NCBI GenBank assembly: GCA_021613535.1
Contig: CP075494.1
Span: 3,720,001 to 3,784,000, forward strand
Reading direction: 5' to 3'
Length of the DNA: 64,000 nucleotides
Source: Adineta vaga
Lineage: Eukaryota; Animalia; Rotifera
In this document: positions 38,666 to 51,864 of the stretch, piece after piece
Layout of the letters: the number at the start of each line of letters is the position of its first letter
Numbering within the stretch: the first letter of the stretch is position 1
Notes under the pieces: model-generated
Database searches by the model: none
Told to the model about the DNA's origin: nothing
The model's input: only the letters and a program-made list of their open reading frames with translations
Made by a program: the position numbers and the translations under genes

Positions 38666-39836
38666 TGATCTTGAGGATGTGGGTGTTAGGTATATATAGT
38701 AGCCACACTCACTCCCACCCTACGTCGTTACCGTTTATCCGCATGTCGATTTCAATTGATTTTAATAAAAAGCTATATACTACTTATACGATTGTGTTTT
38801 CGTCTAGTAGGTAGGAAAAAAGGACTGTTGTTTATCTTGTCCCTGTTCTGTCATCGAAAAGGCGCGTGCTTTTTTATATTTCCTATCATTTTGCGCTGCA
38901 GAAATATCTACCTGAAATACGGTGAAAGAAAAAATTACTCATAGAAAATTGAGTTTAATACAAACGGAAGGAAAGAAATGAAATTTTCACTAAAATAGAA
39001 AATCTAAATGATTCAGCACATTTTTTAAATATTTTTCTATGATGGGTCGTCTATGATGGAGAAATATTCTAAACTGGAGAAGGGTTTATTAAAGTTGCTT
39101 CATACTCTCACCTACACTTCTTCATTTTAAACATTGCCTTAAAGATTTCTTATGCCTACCGTGCTCGAATAAATCTTCAGCGTAGGAATTTATAGTGCAA
39201 TTTTGAATCGATTATGACAGATATTAATCTTTATATTTGCATTGAATGATTTCAAGACACAGATATTTTTCTGAAATTCCAATTATCTATAGTTGTTCAC
39301 CGTTCAAAAAGCTTTTCAGTTTATCTAAGTTTAAATTCAAACTCTTCACAACGAATGAAACATTGATCGTTTGTTTTGAATAATTATTTTTGACACCACA
39401 GCTCTTTTAATCAAAATGTCTCGTACCACTTGGATTCTATTTTTAATCGTGTACAACAACATGTGTGTCAGCTCACTTCCTTTTTAAATGAAATTATAAA
39501 TTGATTTAATGTGACTGCATACTTAGAAATTTCCCTGATTTTTCAAATGTCAGGATTTTCTTGCCATGCTCTAATGAAAAAATTGATTTGAATCAATACG
39601 ACTGCATTTTATGCATCACCTGACTACAGCATGTTAATTATTGAAGTATACCTGTTCTCATCATTCATCCAACTCATTTTCAAGAAAGGAAGTATCTAAG
39701 TGTATTTAAATTACAGACAATCTTCGCATTATTTATATAAAAAAACCCATCAACGTACAATTTCCGATACAACAAGGTAAAGTTGACGAGTTTCTCTCAT
39801 CAATGATGTACTTTTGCAACCATCTTGCTTACAGGA

Positions 39837-41549
39837 ATGGTATCTTCTGGTGTGTTTGTATTGATAGTGATTTCGACTGTCGTTCTTCATTGTAATGGTG
39901 CTCCTGCTATCAACACGATAAGTAAAGAACAGTATACAACGATTCAAATTGGATGGAGTCGTACTCAAGTGACAAGTTTAGTTGGTAGTTCTGGAAATGT
40001 TGTACGGTCATATATTGAAAGCAACACGACTGTCATTATTGTTCAATATACGAGGCCTACCCCATCAACTACCGTAGTCACCTTTGGATTTGTCGATGGA
40101 AAGTTGATATCGAAATCTGAAGTTGGTGTCGATTCTCCAGTTACCAACAAAATCACTTTTCATCAATATAGAACCATACAAACCAAATGGACACAACAGC
40201 AGGTCACTGAACTACTTGGTGGACCGGGTAATATTGTTTTACAATCAGGTACACCAGGTTCTCCATACCAAGTTACCATAGTTCAGTATTTTGGAACACA
40301 GTCATCTACAGCAATTGCTTCCTTTCGTTTTGTCGGTGCATCTCTATCTAGCAAGACTCAGGCTGGATTAGATACAGGAATTTATACCATCACTAAACAA
40401 CAGTATACAACGATCCAGCTTGGATGGACACGTGAGCAAGTGGCAAACTTAGTTGGTAGTTTTGGAAATGTGGCATCAGAAGCTGTTACGAATAATTTGC
40501 CCACTGATATCGTGAACTATATTGGATTTGGAACAGTCTTCGCATATGCTACTTTCGGATTTGTAGGTCAAAAGCTAACATCAAAATCTGAAGTCGGTTT
40601 CGATCTACCAATTGCCAATAAAGTCACTCTGCAACAATACAAAGCCGTACAAATAGGATGTAATGTACTGCAACTCGTACAACTTCTTGGCGGTGCCGGT
40701 AATACCGTTTCGCAATCGGGTACTCCTGGTTCACCGTACCAAGTTACCATGGTTCAATATCTTGGAGCACAGTCATCCACGACGATTGCTTCCTTTACTT
40801 TTGTGGGTGCATCCCTTTTTAGCAAAGCTCAGATTGGATTAGATACGGGAATTTACACCATTACTCCACAACAATATGAGATGATCGAGGTTGGATGGAC
40901 ACGTGAGCAAGTGACAAACTTAGTTGGTAGTGCCGGAAGTGCTGTGTCGGAAGCAGGTACAGGTAATACAGGCGCTATTATCATCCAATATAGTGGATCT
41001 GGAACAACTTATGGAAGTGCTACCCTCGGATTTGTAGGTGGAAAGCTGATAACAAAATCTGAAGTCGGTCTATATCCACTAGTCAGCAACAAAATCACTC
41101 TTCAACAATATAAGACCATACAAATTGGATGGACACAACAGCAAGTCACTCAACTACTTGGTGGTACTGGCAATACCGTTTCGCAATCGGGTACAGCTGG
41201 TTCTCCATACCAAGTTACCATGGTTCAGTATTTCGGATCACAGTCATCTACCGCGGTCGCTTCTTTCGCTTTCATCGGTGGATTGCTTTCCAGCAAAGCT
41301 CAAGTGGGACTTGATACAGCAGTTTATACCATCACTAAACAACAGTATACAACAATCGATATTGGATGGACACGTGAGCAAGTGACAAACTTAGTTGGTA
41401 GTGTCGGAAATGCTGCATCAGAAGCTGGCACGGGCAGCGCGACTGTTGTTTTTGTTCAATATGTTGTACCAGAAGCAGCCTATGGCTTAGTTGCCTTTGG
41501 ATTTGTCGGAGGAAAGCTTACTACCAAATCAAAAATTGGTTTTAAATAA
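39837..41549 (+). CDS. Secreted protein of seven tandem BLIP/DUF3862-like (about 78 aa) repeats
   Basis: Signal peptide from MVSSG. Repeat consensus IT.QQY.TIQ.GWT.EQV..LVG..G...A.FGFVG.KL.SK.E.G, with 471-nt dimer periodicity. Confidence 0.8.
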   Translation: MVSSGVFVLIVISTVVLHCNGAPAINTISKEQYTTIQIGWSRTQVTSLVGSSGNVVRSYIESNTTVIIVQYTRPTPSTTVVTFGFVDGKLISKSEVGVDSPVTNKITFHQYRTIQTKWTQQQVTELLGGPGNIVLQSGTPGSPYQVTIVQYFGTQSSTAIASFRFVGASLSSKTQAGLDTGIYTITKQQYTTIQLGWTREQVANLVGSFGNVASEAVTNNLPTDIVNYIGFGTVFAYATFGFVGQKLTSKSEVGFDLPIANKVTLQQYKAVQIGCNVLQLVQLLGGAGNTVSQSGTPGSPYQVTMVQYLGAQSSTTIASFTFVGASLFSKAQIGLDTGIYTITPQQYEMIEVGWTREQVTNLVGSAGSAVSEAGTGNTGAIIIQYSGSGTTYGSATLGFVGGKLITKSEVGLYPLVSNKITLQQYKTIQIGWTQQQVTQLLGGTGNTVSQSGTAGSPYQVTMVQYFGSQSSTAVASFAFIGGLLSSKAQVGLDTAVYTITKQQYTTIDIGWTREQVTNLVGSVGNAASEAGTGSATVVFVQYVVPEAAYGLVAFGFVGGKLTTKSKIGFK

Positions 41550-42538
41550 TGAATTTTTTCTTTTCGTATTAGACTTTTCTATTTTACTCCCGAATATATT
41601 GTATCATTTTCATTTGTTTTTCAATGCTTTAATCAGTTTAATCCGGAATTTATATTCAAGACCTAATAAAACTTAACGAAAAGATACGAAATATTTTTGT
41701 TCATAAAAAGAATTCTATTAGAATCAACGTCCGATGAGAAATAATGTAGATATAAAAAAAAAAAGTTGTTTATCACATTTATTTTCAGTGAGATGATAAA
41801 GATACTTTCTGTATATACCATCGAAATATAATGACTGAGGTTTTTCTTTTTCATCGAACAGAACAGTTGACTGCTTGTATAGCGCACAAATGGTAATGGC
41901 GTTTACAACCTTTGATGATCTAGTAAGTAGAACAACAGTACCGAGCGATTATAAAAATAAAAATTGGAAAAATACAGCCGTTCTAGTCTGTGAGTCGATA
42001 TAATACAAGAAGTACTGGTAGAAACTTTACATCATATGAAAATATATGTTAATATTTTTATCTCTATTGAAGAAAAGTCAAATGTTCTATGCCGACTGCG
42101 TGTACATATAGATATGATCTTGATTTGTCATGCTTTGAATAAAAAAAGTAATTACGTTTTTCAAACATTATATTCGCTGGTTTCTCTCTTCCAATTAAAA
42201 TATCAAAAAAAGAAGAACACGATGGTATCGAAATACATATCACTGTCGTACTTTTCTAAATCAATCATTACATATTTCATTTCGAAGATAACTATCATTT
42301 ATAATTTTTTCATATTAAAATTACTTTTTTATTCTTATTTTGAAGAACTGTAAATTTAATTTATAAATAATTATTTTCTTTCAGGTTGACATGAACAACA
42401 CGTTATGCAATCATTAAATGTAATAAAAACGAAGATACATGTTAAAAATATGATAAATATATCGACATATTCTCATCGAATCCGTATGTATTTTTGCTCT
42501 TCTTTGAATTTAATAAATAATTCAATTGTGTTTTGTAG

Positions 42539-45303
42539 GAATACTCTTTTATTTCTTCGGTATTACATCGAAGTAATGCTGCTGTATATATTTGTCTACT
42601 GTTGTGTATTACGATGATAGCTGGAATTGTCATTGTTTGTCTTACTGTACCAAAACCTAAAGGTTTGTTCTTCATCTATATATGAATAGATGCATATGAT
42701 TTTCTTTCTCCTATTTTTTGTTTTTCAGTACGAAAATGTGAATTAAATTTTGAACTAACAGCTAAAAATTCAATGGAATATAATTATGGTCCGACATCTG
42801 TCGGTATTGGTGATTTTAATGGAGATAATCGATTCGATTTATTCATTATTAATATTGGAAAAAATAATACTGGTTTACTTCTTGGATATGGAGATGGAAA
42901 TTTCGAAGAAGTAAGAACGAATTCAGCTGGATCTTTTTCATCAATATTATTTGCTTTGTACGATTATAATAAAGATAATCGATTAGATGTAATTATTGTT
43001 AATAATGATACTGGTAGTATTGATATTCTTATGGGTTATTTTGAAGGCTTTCCAAACGCTGTACCGTATGATGTTGGCCATTTGGCACTGGTAGTACTTG
43101 CACATGATATGAACAATGACATGATATTAGATATGATAACAATCAGTGAAGAGAGCAATACCATAACTATCTTTCTCGGATCAAGTGATGGATCATTTAC
43201 ATACAAAACAACAGAGTCAACTGGTTTAAAACCATCCTATGCAGTTGTTGGAGATTTTAATCATGATACACGATTAGATATTATGGTAACTGATAAAAAT
43301 AGTAATCATGTACGTGTATTACTTCAAAGTAATAGAGGTGCTCTTACAACCAAATTGAGTTATGCGTCTGGTGGAAGTTCGAAAGTACGATCGATGGTTG
43401 TCAATGACATTAATAATGATACTCAATTAAATATTATTGTTGCGAATTATGGTACTAATGATATAGGTATTCTTTTTGAATATGATAGTATGAATTTTCA
43501 AAATGAAATAACAATCAGTATGGATTCGAATTCTCAACCATCATCAATTACTCTCGGTGGCTTTAATGGCGATAATAAATTAGATATTGCTGTAACTCTT
43601 TCTGGTCGTAGGCAAATAGGAATGATAGTGATAGTATTGATATTTTTAGTGTCTTCAACACTGGCTCATTTACAAATACACAGAAATACTCAGTTGGATT
43701 CTTTCCAGTATGTGTAATCCTTGATTATATTAATAATGATAGTTACATTGATATTGTTGTTGTCAATTCTGATTCTGATGATCTAAGTATTTTGCTTGGA
43801 TATGACAAGGGTAATTTTGCAGATCCAATAACATATCCAGTTGGTTCACATCCCAATTTAGTAGCGGCTGGTGATTTTAATAATGATAATCGATCAGATC
43901 TAGTTATTACTTATGAACGTACTAGTTATATTGATATCTTGTTAGGAGATGCTGATGGTACTTTTGCAAATTCAATATCATATCAATTTGATTCGTCTTC
44001 ATCGTGTGTAGCGGTTGGTGATTTCGATCAAGACACTCGATTAGACGTAGTTGTTGTTCATTCTTCTAAAAATGCTATCCATGTGTTGTTAGGGGATGGT
44101 GCAGGTTCGTTTTCGACTGACCAATCATATGAGACGGACTCTGGTCCACTATACGTGCTTGTAACTGATTTTAACCATGATAGACGTTTGGATATTGCTG
44201 TTCTCAATGATCAGAGTCATAATATAGGCATTTTTCTTGGTTATGGTAATGGTGATTTTGAACAACAAGTAACATATCCCGTTGATCCGTATCCACTTGC
44301 ATTGACAGTTGGAGATCTAAATAATGACAGTCGATTGGACATTGTTGTATCTTGTGTGGGCTATAATTCAATAGCTGTTCTACTTGGTTATGGCGGTGGA
44401 TCTTTTACAGATAAGGAGTCATTTCCAGTGGCTTTTAATCCAACATCTACAGCTATTGGTGATTTCAATAATGATGGCTATCTGGATATTATTGCTGTCA
44501 ATGCAGGTGCTACTTATGTTAGTGTTTTGTTAGGCTATGGCGATGGATCATTTGGCCCTCAAATTAAATATATTACTGGTTCTGGTCCGCGATTTGTAGC
44601 TATTTCTGATTTTAATAATGATAGGCAGCTTGATATTGCTGTTGCAAATTCAGGTGATGCTACTTTAGTCATCATGTTTGGTAGTACAAATTTAGACTTT
44701 CATAAAGAAACAACACTTTTAACTGGTAACATGTCTCGAACACGATCATTTGTGATTGATGATTTTAATAATGATACTAATATGGATATTATTGTAGCCA
44801 ATTCAGGCACTCATAATATTGGCATTTTTCTTGGACATGGTGATTACTCTTTCACAGAGCAAATAACATATTCAACTGGTTTAAAATCATCTCCCTATTC
44901 TATCGCAACTGGTCATTTCAATGATGATACTCAATTGGATCTTGTTATTACTAATTTTGGTTCTGATAATATTGGTATTTTTCTTAATTATGATAATGGC
45001 TCATTTACAAATCAAACAACATATTCAACTGGTACATCTTCATCTCCTTATTCCGTAGCTGTTGGATATTTCAATAGTGATGCTCAATTTGACATTATTG
45101 TTGTTAATTATCACAATAACAAATTTGGAATTTTTCTTGGACATGGTGATGGAACATTTGATGATATTATCTTATTTGCAATGCCATATGGATCTCAACC
45201 ATTTTCAGTTGCCATTGTTGATTTTAGTCATGATGGAAAAATGGATATTGCTGTAATCAACAATGGTACGGACAATTTAAGTATTTACGTTCAAACTTGT
45301 TAG
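42539..45303 (+). CDS. FG-GAP/VCBS-repeat beta-propeller protein with N-terminal TM anchor; 5' end uncertain; frameshift at about 43620
   Basis: More than 12 GDFN.D..LDI.V.N...LGYGDG.F repeats; TM exon 42539-42662 is spliced to 42729. Confidence 0.85.
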
Positions 45304-46378
45304 TTGTATTTATTGTACACATCAGAGATATAAAAGTTTGTAACGATAAAATGACGTAATATGATGTCATAAATAATAGGAAAATGTTTCTTTCTATGAA
45401 ATATTTTTTTCTAAATGCGTGATGCTAATGTCATATGAATATAGTAAAAGATTCATTTTCTTTTTGTACGTGATATATCTTTAAAATCGATATGATATAA
45501 TTAATCATGTTCAACAAATCTTTAATAAAATATGATCACATATTGAAATAAAACAGTTAGTTGAATATATACTTTACATTAAAGACAACAGATGGCATAG
45601 TTGAAAATCGAAGAATTTTATATCTTGCAAGTGCTCTTTTATTTCTATGCGACATTTTCTATATCGTTGCTAATGATGTTCCAATCTGTTTTGTTAATCT
45701 TCTTCTAGGTCAAAGATCTCTGTTTAATTAGTATCGTTTACATTTGGATTATGGCAATGGTGTACACCAAGTTGTAAACATGTTTTTTCGACTTCTGATG
45801 AAAAAATCTTATCTACACGAGCATTTGTAACCATCAGTTGTATTTTATAGATATTATCTATTGAATTTCTCTTAGCTATTTTATTTGTTAATGAAAATCT
45901 CAAAAGAAAAATGTGCCTATTTGGAAAATGTTGGACTATTGCATGTCTTATCAGCGGAATTATTGTTGTTGCTCTTAGAATTTCTGCTAATTTAGGTTTT
46001 GAGATTTTTCTCTTTGAATAATAAAAGAAAAGTATTTCTTCACTATTGAGAGTACAATAAATGTAATTCAAGTACATGTAAGAGGATAAAATACAACTGT
46101 ATCATTCCGACGACGCGTGATACAAATGTTATATTCGAAATTTTCGAAAAACAAAAACTAACAAAATTTATAGAAAAAAAGAAATGAACTGTAAGAAAAA
46201 TAAAATATATTTTATTGAAAGAAGTTTTTCTTTTTCACAAAGATTTGTTCAGAATATATGTTTAAAAACTCGATAAATACACGAGAGAAAAAAAGATAAA
46301 GTTACGGTTGAATGAATATAAGCGTATGTGGTAAATATCGATTCTTTTTTTTCTTGCTCTTCTATTACATATAAACAA

Positions 46379-47047
46379 ATGTCTCAAGAAGATCAAATTA
46401 TTCAATGGAATATTAAATTACGTGATAAAACTCCCTATGAAATTATTCATTGGTCATTAAATCAATTTGGATCTGATAAAGCAATTGCATCGACAAGTTT
46501 TGGACCATATACAGCTGTTCTTCTTCAATTAATTACAGAAATTAATCCATTAATTCCAATAATATGGATTGATCATGGGTATAATCGTTCATCAACATAT
46601 CAATATGTCGAAAAAATACAAGAACTTCTTAAACTTAATCTTCATGTTTATTCTCCACGATTAACAGCAGCACGTCGTGATATTCTTTATGGACCATTAC
46701 CAATCGATCGTGATAATGAATCTGCTCTACAAGAATTTAGTGCGTTAATGAAACTTGAACCATTTTCACGAGTGATGAATGATTTCAAACCTCATGTTTG
46801 GTTTACAGGAGTTCGTCAAACACAAAACTGTCATCGAAAATCATTTGATATTATTTCATTTGATTCAGTATTTGACGTTTGGAAAATTAATCCTTTACTT
46901 TATTGGACTGATGATCAAATGACAAGATTTCTTCATGAACATGATCTTCCTAATGAATTCGATTATTTTGATCCAGCAAAAGGAGATGAAAAACGAGAAT
47001 GTGGTCTTCATGCTCCATGGGCAAAAAAATTCGTTAAACAAAAATAA
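46379..47047 (+). CDS. cysH: PAPS/APS reductase (CysH-like), intronless
   Basis: STSFG, WIDHGY, KLEPF, WFTGVR, KINPLL.W and C-terminal ECGLH; no CC...CxxC Fe-S motif. Confidence 0.88.
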   Translation: MSQEDQIIQWNIKLRDKTPYEIIHWSLNQFGSDKAIASTSFGPYTAVLLQLITEINPLIPIIWIDHGYNRSSTYQYVEKIQELLKLNLHVYSPRLTAARRDILYGPLPIDRDNESALQEFSALMKLEPFSRVMNDFKPHVWFTGVRQTQNCHRKSFDIISFDSVFDVWKINPLLYWTDDQMTRFLHEHDLPNEFDYFDPAKGDEKRECGLHAPWAKKFVKQK

Positions 47048-48667
47048 TTCTTCGTCATTCATTTTTCATCTCATGAGTATCACTTGTCCGTCCCTGTGTT
47101 TTCTTGTCTGTCTATACTTGCACATTGTATACATATATTCATTTCCTTATTGAGATAATAAATTAAGAGCCCATCCTATCTTGAGGTTGTCAGTGTAAGG
47201 TGAAGAAGAAAGAGTTACATTTATATGACTTAGTGTTGAGCCTTTCCGTCAAAATATTCGATCAGTCTTAAATGGTGTTTTAAGAGTATTACGGAATTTG
47301 TTTGTATTAGAAAACAGTCAAATGGCAAGTATTTCTGTCACTAATGATATTTAGATGGATGACACGAACAATCATATTTCGGTAAGTAGAATTATTCTCA
47401 AATCTTGCATTGACAATTTATATTTAGACTAAAAGAGTCTACTTCATTGTGATGATAAACCTCTCGTATTGCACAAAGCTACAAGAGCAACGAGTGAAGT
47501 ATTAGTAACATCAAATGAATATTCATCTACATGTGAAAATAAAATTCACGTAGGAGAAAAACAGTATGAATTTTTTGTTTTACTAGAATGGCCCTTTTGG
47601 TCTAAACTACTAGTTGTTATTATCGGGTTGCTTTATAGGATTGGAAAGATTATAAAATATCAGACATGATAGAGAAATAATTCTCATCTTCTTCTTAAGA
47701 TTTGTTTTTACTGTCTATGTAAATCATCTACTAAGGTAAGATATAGTGATGTTTCTTGCAAATTCAATAATAATAAATTGATTACGATAGCGTTGTATTC
47801 GTTGTTCAAGACATAATCAAGAAAATAGTGACAAATTATCGTCGTTTAAGCTTTTTTCGCAGTTTATAAAACTAATTTAAATGAGACAAACAATATGTTT
47901 ACTATTTACAGGTAAATTAAATGATCTTGATCTATTAACTAGGTACATGAATAAAAACTGTAATGTTCATAGCCCTTTAAAAGACTGAAACAACTCAGAG
48001 ATAACGGACAAATTGAAAATAATTCATTTCAAACGAAGATGAGACAATCACGTTCTATAATTGTTTCGACAATACAATTCGGTCAAAATAAAAACAAAGG
48101 ACATGTGTGCTTTAATTATAGCTAATGCATCATTGAACTACTTCTATAATATATATTATATTCTACAGAATGCCAAGGAAAAAGAATGTAAAAACGTTTT
48201 TATAAATGAGAAATCAAGTGAAACTCCCTGACAAACTTGTTTAAACAAAATAGCAACTACTTTTAATCATTTTTCCTTACTGGCTTATTACGAAACTTTC
48301 GCGAGTTAATTTTGAAATTCTTTCATTGACACTATTACGATTCTAGTTTGTCATTCTGTTTCAATATACTACAGGTAAATATAATATTATGTTGATTCAT
48401 TATTTACCTAATACGAATTTCCTAAACGTTGCAAGAATATTCCATCTCTCACCACTCTATTAATCAATAAGCAATCTAGGACGATATTATACACTTTTGA
48501 AAAAATGACATCTGTTTTCATCTGTAACGAAGAAAAAAGAGTGTTCTTTCCCCTACTCATTTTTACACTGCATCTTTTCTCTTGTACGCGTCATTTTTGT
48601 GTTTTAATAATATTAAACAGCAAAGATATTTTTGTATGAACACATATATTTAGATAAAGGTGATAAA

Positions 48668-49989
48668 ATGGCATCGCTCTTTCTTTTTCTAATCTATTCA
48701 TGGTATCTTCTCAATATTTGTAAATCAAGTATATCACCAAAAATGAACGGACATATTTACAATCAAATGACATATAATTCAACAGCGTTATCACTTGCTC
48801 AAATAATCATAGGAAACAAGATGTTATGTGCTGCTCAATGTGCTCATCAATTTCTGACATGTAACACTGCTGTATTTGATAATTATGCATCAGTTAAATG
48901 TTTATTATTCAGTGAACCAGTGATACAAGAAAATCTTATTCAATCTAACAGTGCAATCGTTTACGATTTTCAACAGAGCAAGTTTAGAGGTATGAAAAGT
49001 AGGAAGATTTTTGCCAAGTAAAATATACAGAAACAAACTGAGCGAAAGAAAAGCTTGTTTCTATAGATATTCTACTTTTTTTTACTTACTATAGTAGTTA
49101 CTTTTAAAACAAAAGAAAAAAATTGTTTTTTTTTTAACAAAATTACTCAATCTTATTTCTTTTAGCTACAACTAGTACAACATCTACTTGTAAGTACAAT
49201 ATTTGTTATAGATGGAATCACTTAATTATGAATACTTTAGCGACGACAACGTCATCATCAACATCATCGTCAACATCATCGTCAACATCAACAACGACAA
49301 CGTCATCGTCAACGTCAACGTCAACGTCAACATCAACATCATCATCAACATCAACATCATCGTCAACGTCATCGTCAACGTCAACATCAACATCAACATC
49401 AACAACGACAACATCAACATCAACAACGACAACATCAACGTCATCGTCAACATCAACAACTGCAAATACAGGTGAGGATATCGAAATTATTCAATTCGAT
49501 AAGATAACTTTTATTTTAAATTAGTTTCACTTTCACTTAGTGGAGTTCAACTCAATCTCAATCCATCCTCGTTGCCAAGTGGATGGACTTTGTGTTATAC
49601 AGCAACATATGACACAGCTATGGGAACAAGTTCTCTTCCAACAATATTATCTACATGCAATAAAAACAAATTACTGCTTGGATGTGACCAGTTGGTGCAC
49701 GGTTTTGACTGTCGCAGCAATGAGTAATCGTAATGATGTTCTCTACGATTGCGGCACGTCAGGGAGTTGTAGTAATGTGGCTAATGGTGTAGGTTGGTAT
49801 TATTCAGATTCATATTCGTGGGGTTTTGTATCTGGTGGTGATACTGTATCACGAAGTTCCTGTGATACTGGTTCAACAAATGCTGCATATCGATTATGTT
49901 GGCATACACAAAACAATGGTGGATATCGATGTGGCTCTGCACTTGACAGTGGCTCAACCTGGGAAAAAGTTATTTATCACGCAAACTAA
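48668..49989 (+). CDS. Secreted PAN/Apple-like + Ser/Thr mucin stalk + Cys-rich C-terminal domain; multi-exon; two 1-nt frameshifts at about 49686-49697
   Basis: Signal peptide; CAAQC...CNTAVF...C; Ser/Thr exon; VGWYYSDSYSWGF...RLCWHT..GGYRCG. Confidence 0.75.
49241..49461 (+). repeat. (ACA/ACG/TCA/TCG)n low-complexity repeat encoding a Thr/Ser stalk
   Basis: Directly visible trinucleotide mosaic. Confidence 0.9.
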
Positions 49990-50630
49990 GTAGTATAAAT
50001 AATTATTCATTGAAAAGAACCTTGCTTGAACGCTTAGCTTGAAAAAAATCTTTATCCATTATTAATAAAATTAAATAAATCATCGCAAAACTAAAGTTAT
50101 AGATAAAAGATGTGAAATGCTATTGATGTGGCTGAAAATAACAAGTTTGTGTGGATGTGTGAGCGGTATATTTATTCATTAATCCCACCCACACCTTCAA
50201 GATGTGTACAATTTACTATCGGTACTTTGTGAAAGTTAAATTGTACTTTCCCTTACATAAACTATCAGTGACAATCATTTTTTTACAAAGAAAAACCTCT
50301 TATGTCATTTAATTTATTGATACACATCAAGCTAGGATTCTGAATGGAAGACTCATGGTAATCCATAGGTTTGTACTTATCTTCAAGTGATGAAATCTGA
50401 ACAATTTACGTAGATAAATATGTTCGTTCCAAAGTTCATTTACATTTTTATACTGAACTTTCTGTTAAAATATATTTTATTAATTTATATCAAGAGTAAT
50501 GTGGCAAAACCGTCTACTTTCATATTCGAATAAAACAATAGTTGTCGAAGATCTCTTCAAATTACGATTTGCATAAAATAGTATCAATAGATAAAAAATG
50601 ATGAATTTAGTTCATAAACATGTATCACAT

Positions 50631-51864
50631 TTAACTGGCATGATAAATAACTTTTTCCCAAGTACTGTCACTATTTAATCCTATTGCTGAGCCACATCGA
50701 TATCCACCATTGTTTTGTGTATGCCAACATAATCGATATGCAGCATTTGTTGAACCAGTATCACAGCTATTTCGTAATACAGTATCATCACCAGATATAA
50801 AACCCCACGAATATGAATCTGAATAATACCAACCTACACCATTGGCCACATTAGTACAACTAGTTGACATGCTACAGTTATAGAGAACATCATTACGATT
50901 ACCCATCGCAGCTACAATCAAAATCGTAGTATTGACTGGTCGACATCCAAGCAGTAATTTGTTTTTATTGCATATAGATAATATCGTTGGAAGAGAATAT
51001 GTTCCCATAGCTGCCGCATACGTTGCTGTATAACACAAAGTCCATCCATTTGGTAACGACGATGGATTGAGATTGAGTTGAACTCCACTTAGAGACAGTG
51101 AAACTAAATAAGAATAAATGCAAGACTATTGAATTGATTAAGTAAGACATCCACACCTGTATTTGCAGTTGTTGATGATGTTGATGATGATGACGTAGTC
51201 TTTGTAGTTGTTGATGTTGTTGACGATGCTGTTATAGTTGTGGCTATAAAAACAAGGTATATTGTATTCGTATTTCAAATAATGTATAAGAACTACACAT
51301 CTTATACCAGATTATTCTTTACCTTTCTGATTGTTAATACAATTAGTTTAATTCCTCGAATATTAGTTAGAATCGAAGTAGTACTGATTTTCGCATTACA
51401 TTATGAAAACCTTTTATAGTAGAATAATTAGCGCAGAGTTTTCATTCATGTGGAAACTTACTTGTGCTATTTGTTATTGTTGAACCTAGTGGAGGACATC
51501 GTTGAGATGATGCACGTTCTATCGGATAACAGACAGGACCTTCACATCGAGTATTATTCACACATACAGTATTTGCAGCAGAACATGTCATATTGTCATT
51601 TTCACATCGAATCAAATTATTACATGAAACGAGAGTATCAGCACACATTCCTCCACCAGTCATCGACATCCACAAACATTCACAGTCACCATTCGTTGAA
51701 CATGATGTTGATTTCAATCGACAATACGCTGTTGGACAACATCCACAACCATTTGACTCAATAACTTGACCTAGAACATCAGTTTTTAAAGTATTTTATC
51801 TTTAATTCTCATCGCTCTTACCTCTGATAATGCAGATAACAAATCTAGAAAAGAAAAATATCAT
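50631..51864 (-). CDS. Paralog with a different Cys-rich N-terminal domain + short Thr stalk + the same C-terminal domain; 5' end uncertain
   Basis: Exons at about 51463-51770, 51158-51245 and 50631-51089; C-terminal domain nearly identical to that of the 48668..49989 gene. Confidence 0.7.

Noticed and set aside
39920-41549. CRISPR-like or non-coding repeat array
   Set aside because: The repeats are in-frame coding units with synonymous variation and no repeat-spacer structure
45724-46077. 117-aa minus-strand ORF
   Set aside because: No recognisable motif; probably spurious or decayed sequence
49212-49475. Asn/Ile/Val-rich and Met/Leu/Thr-rich ORFs
   Set aside because: Alternative-frame and antisense readings of the Ser/Thr repeat exon
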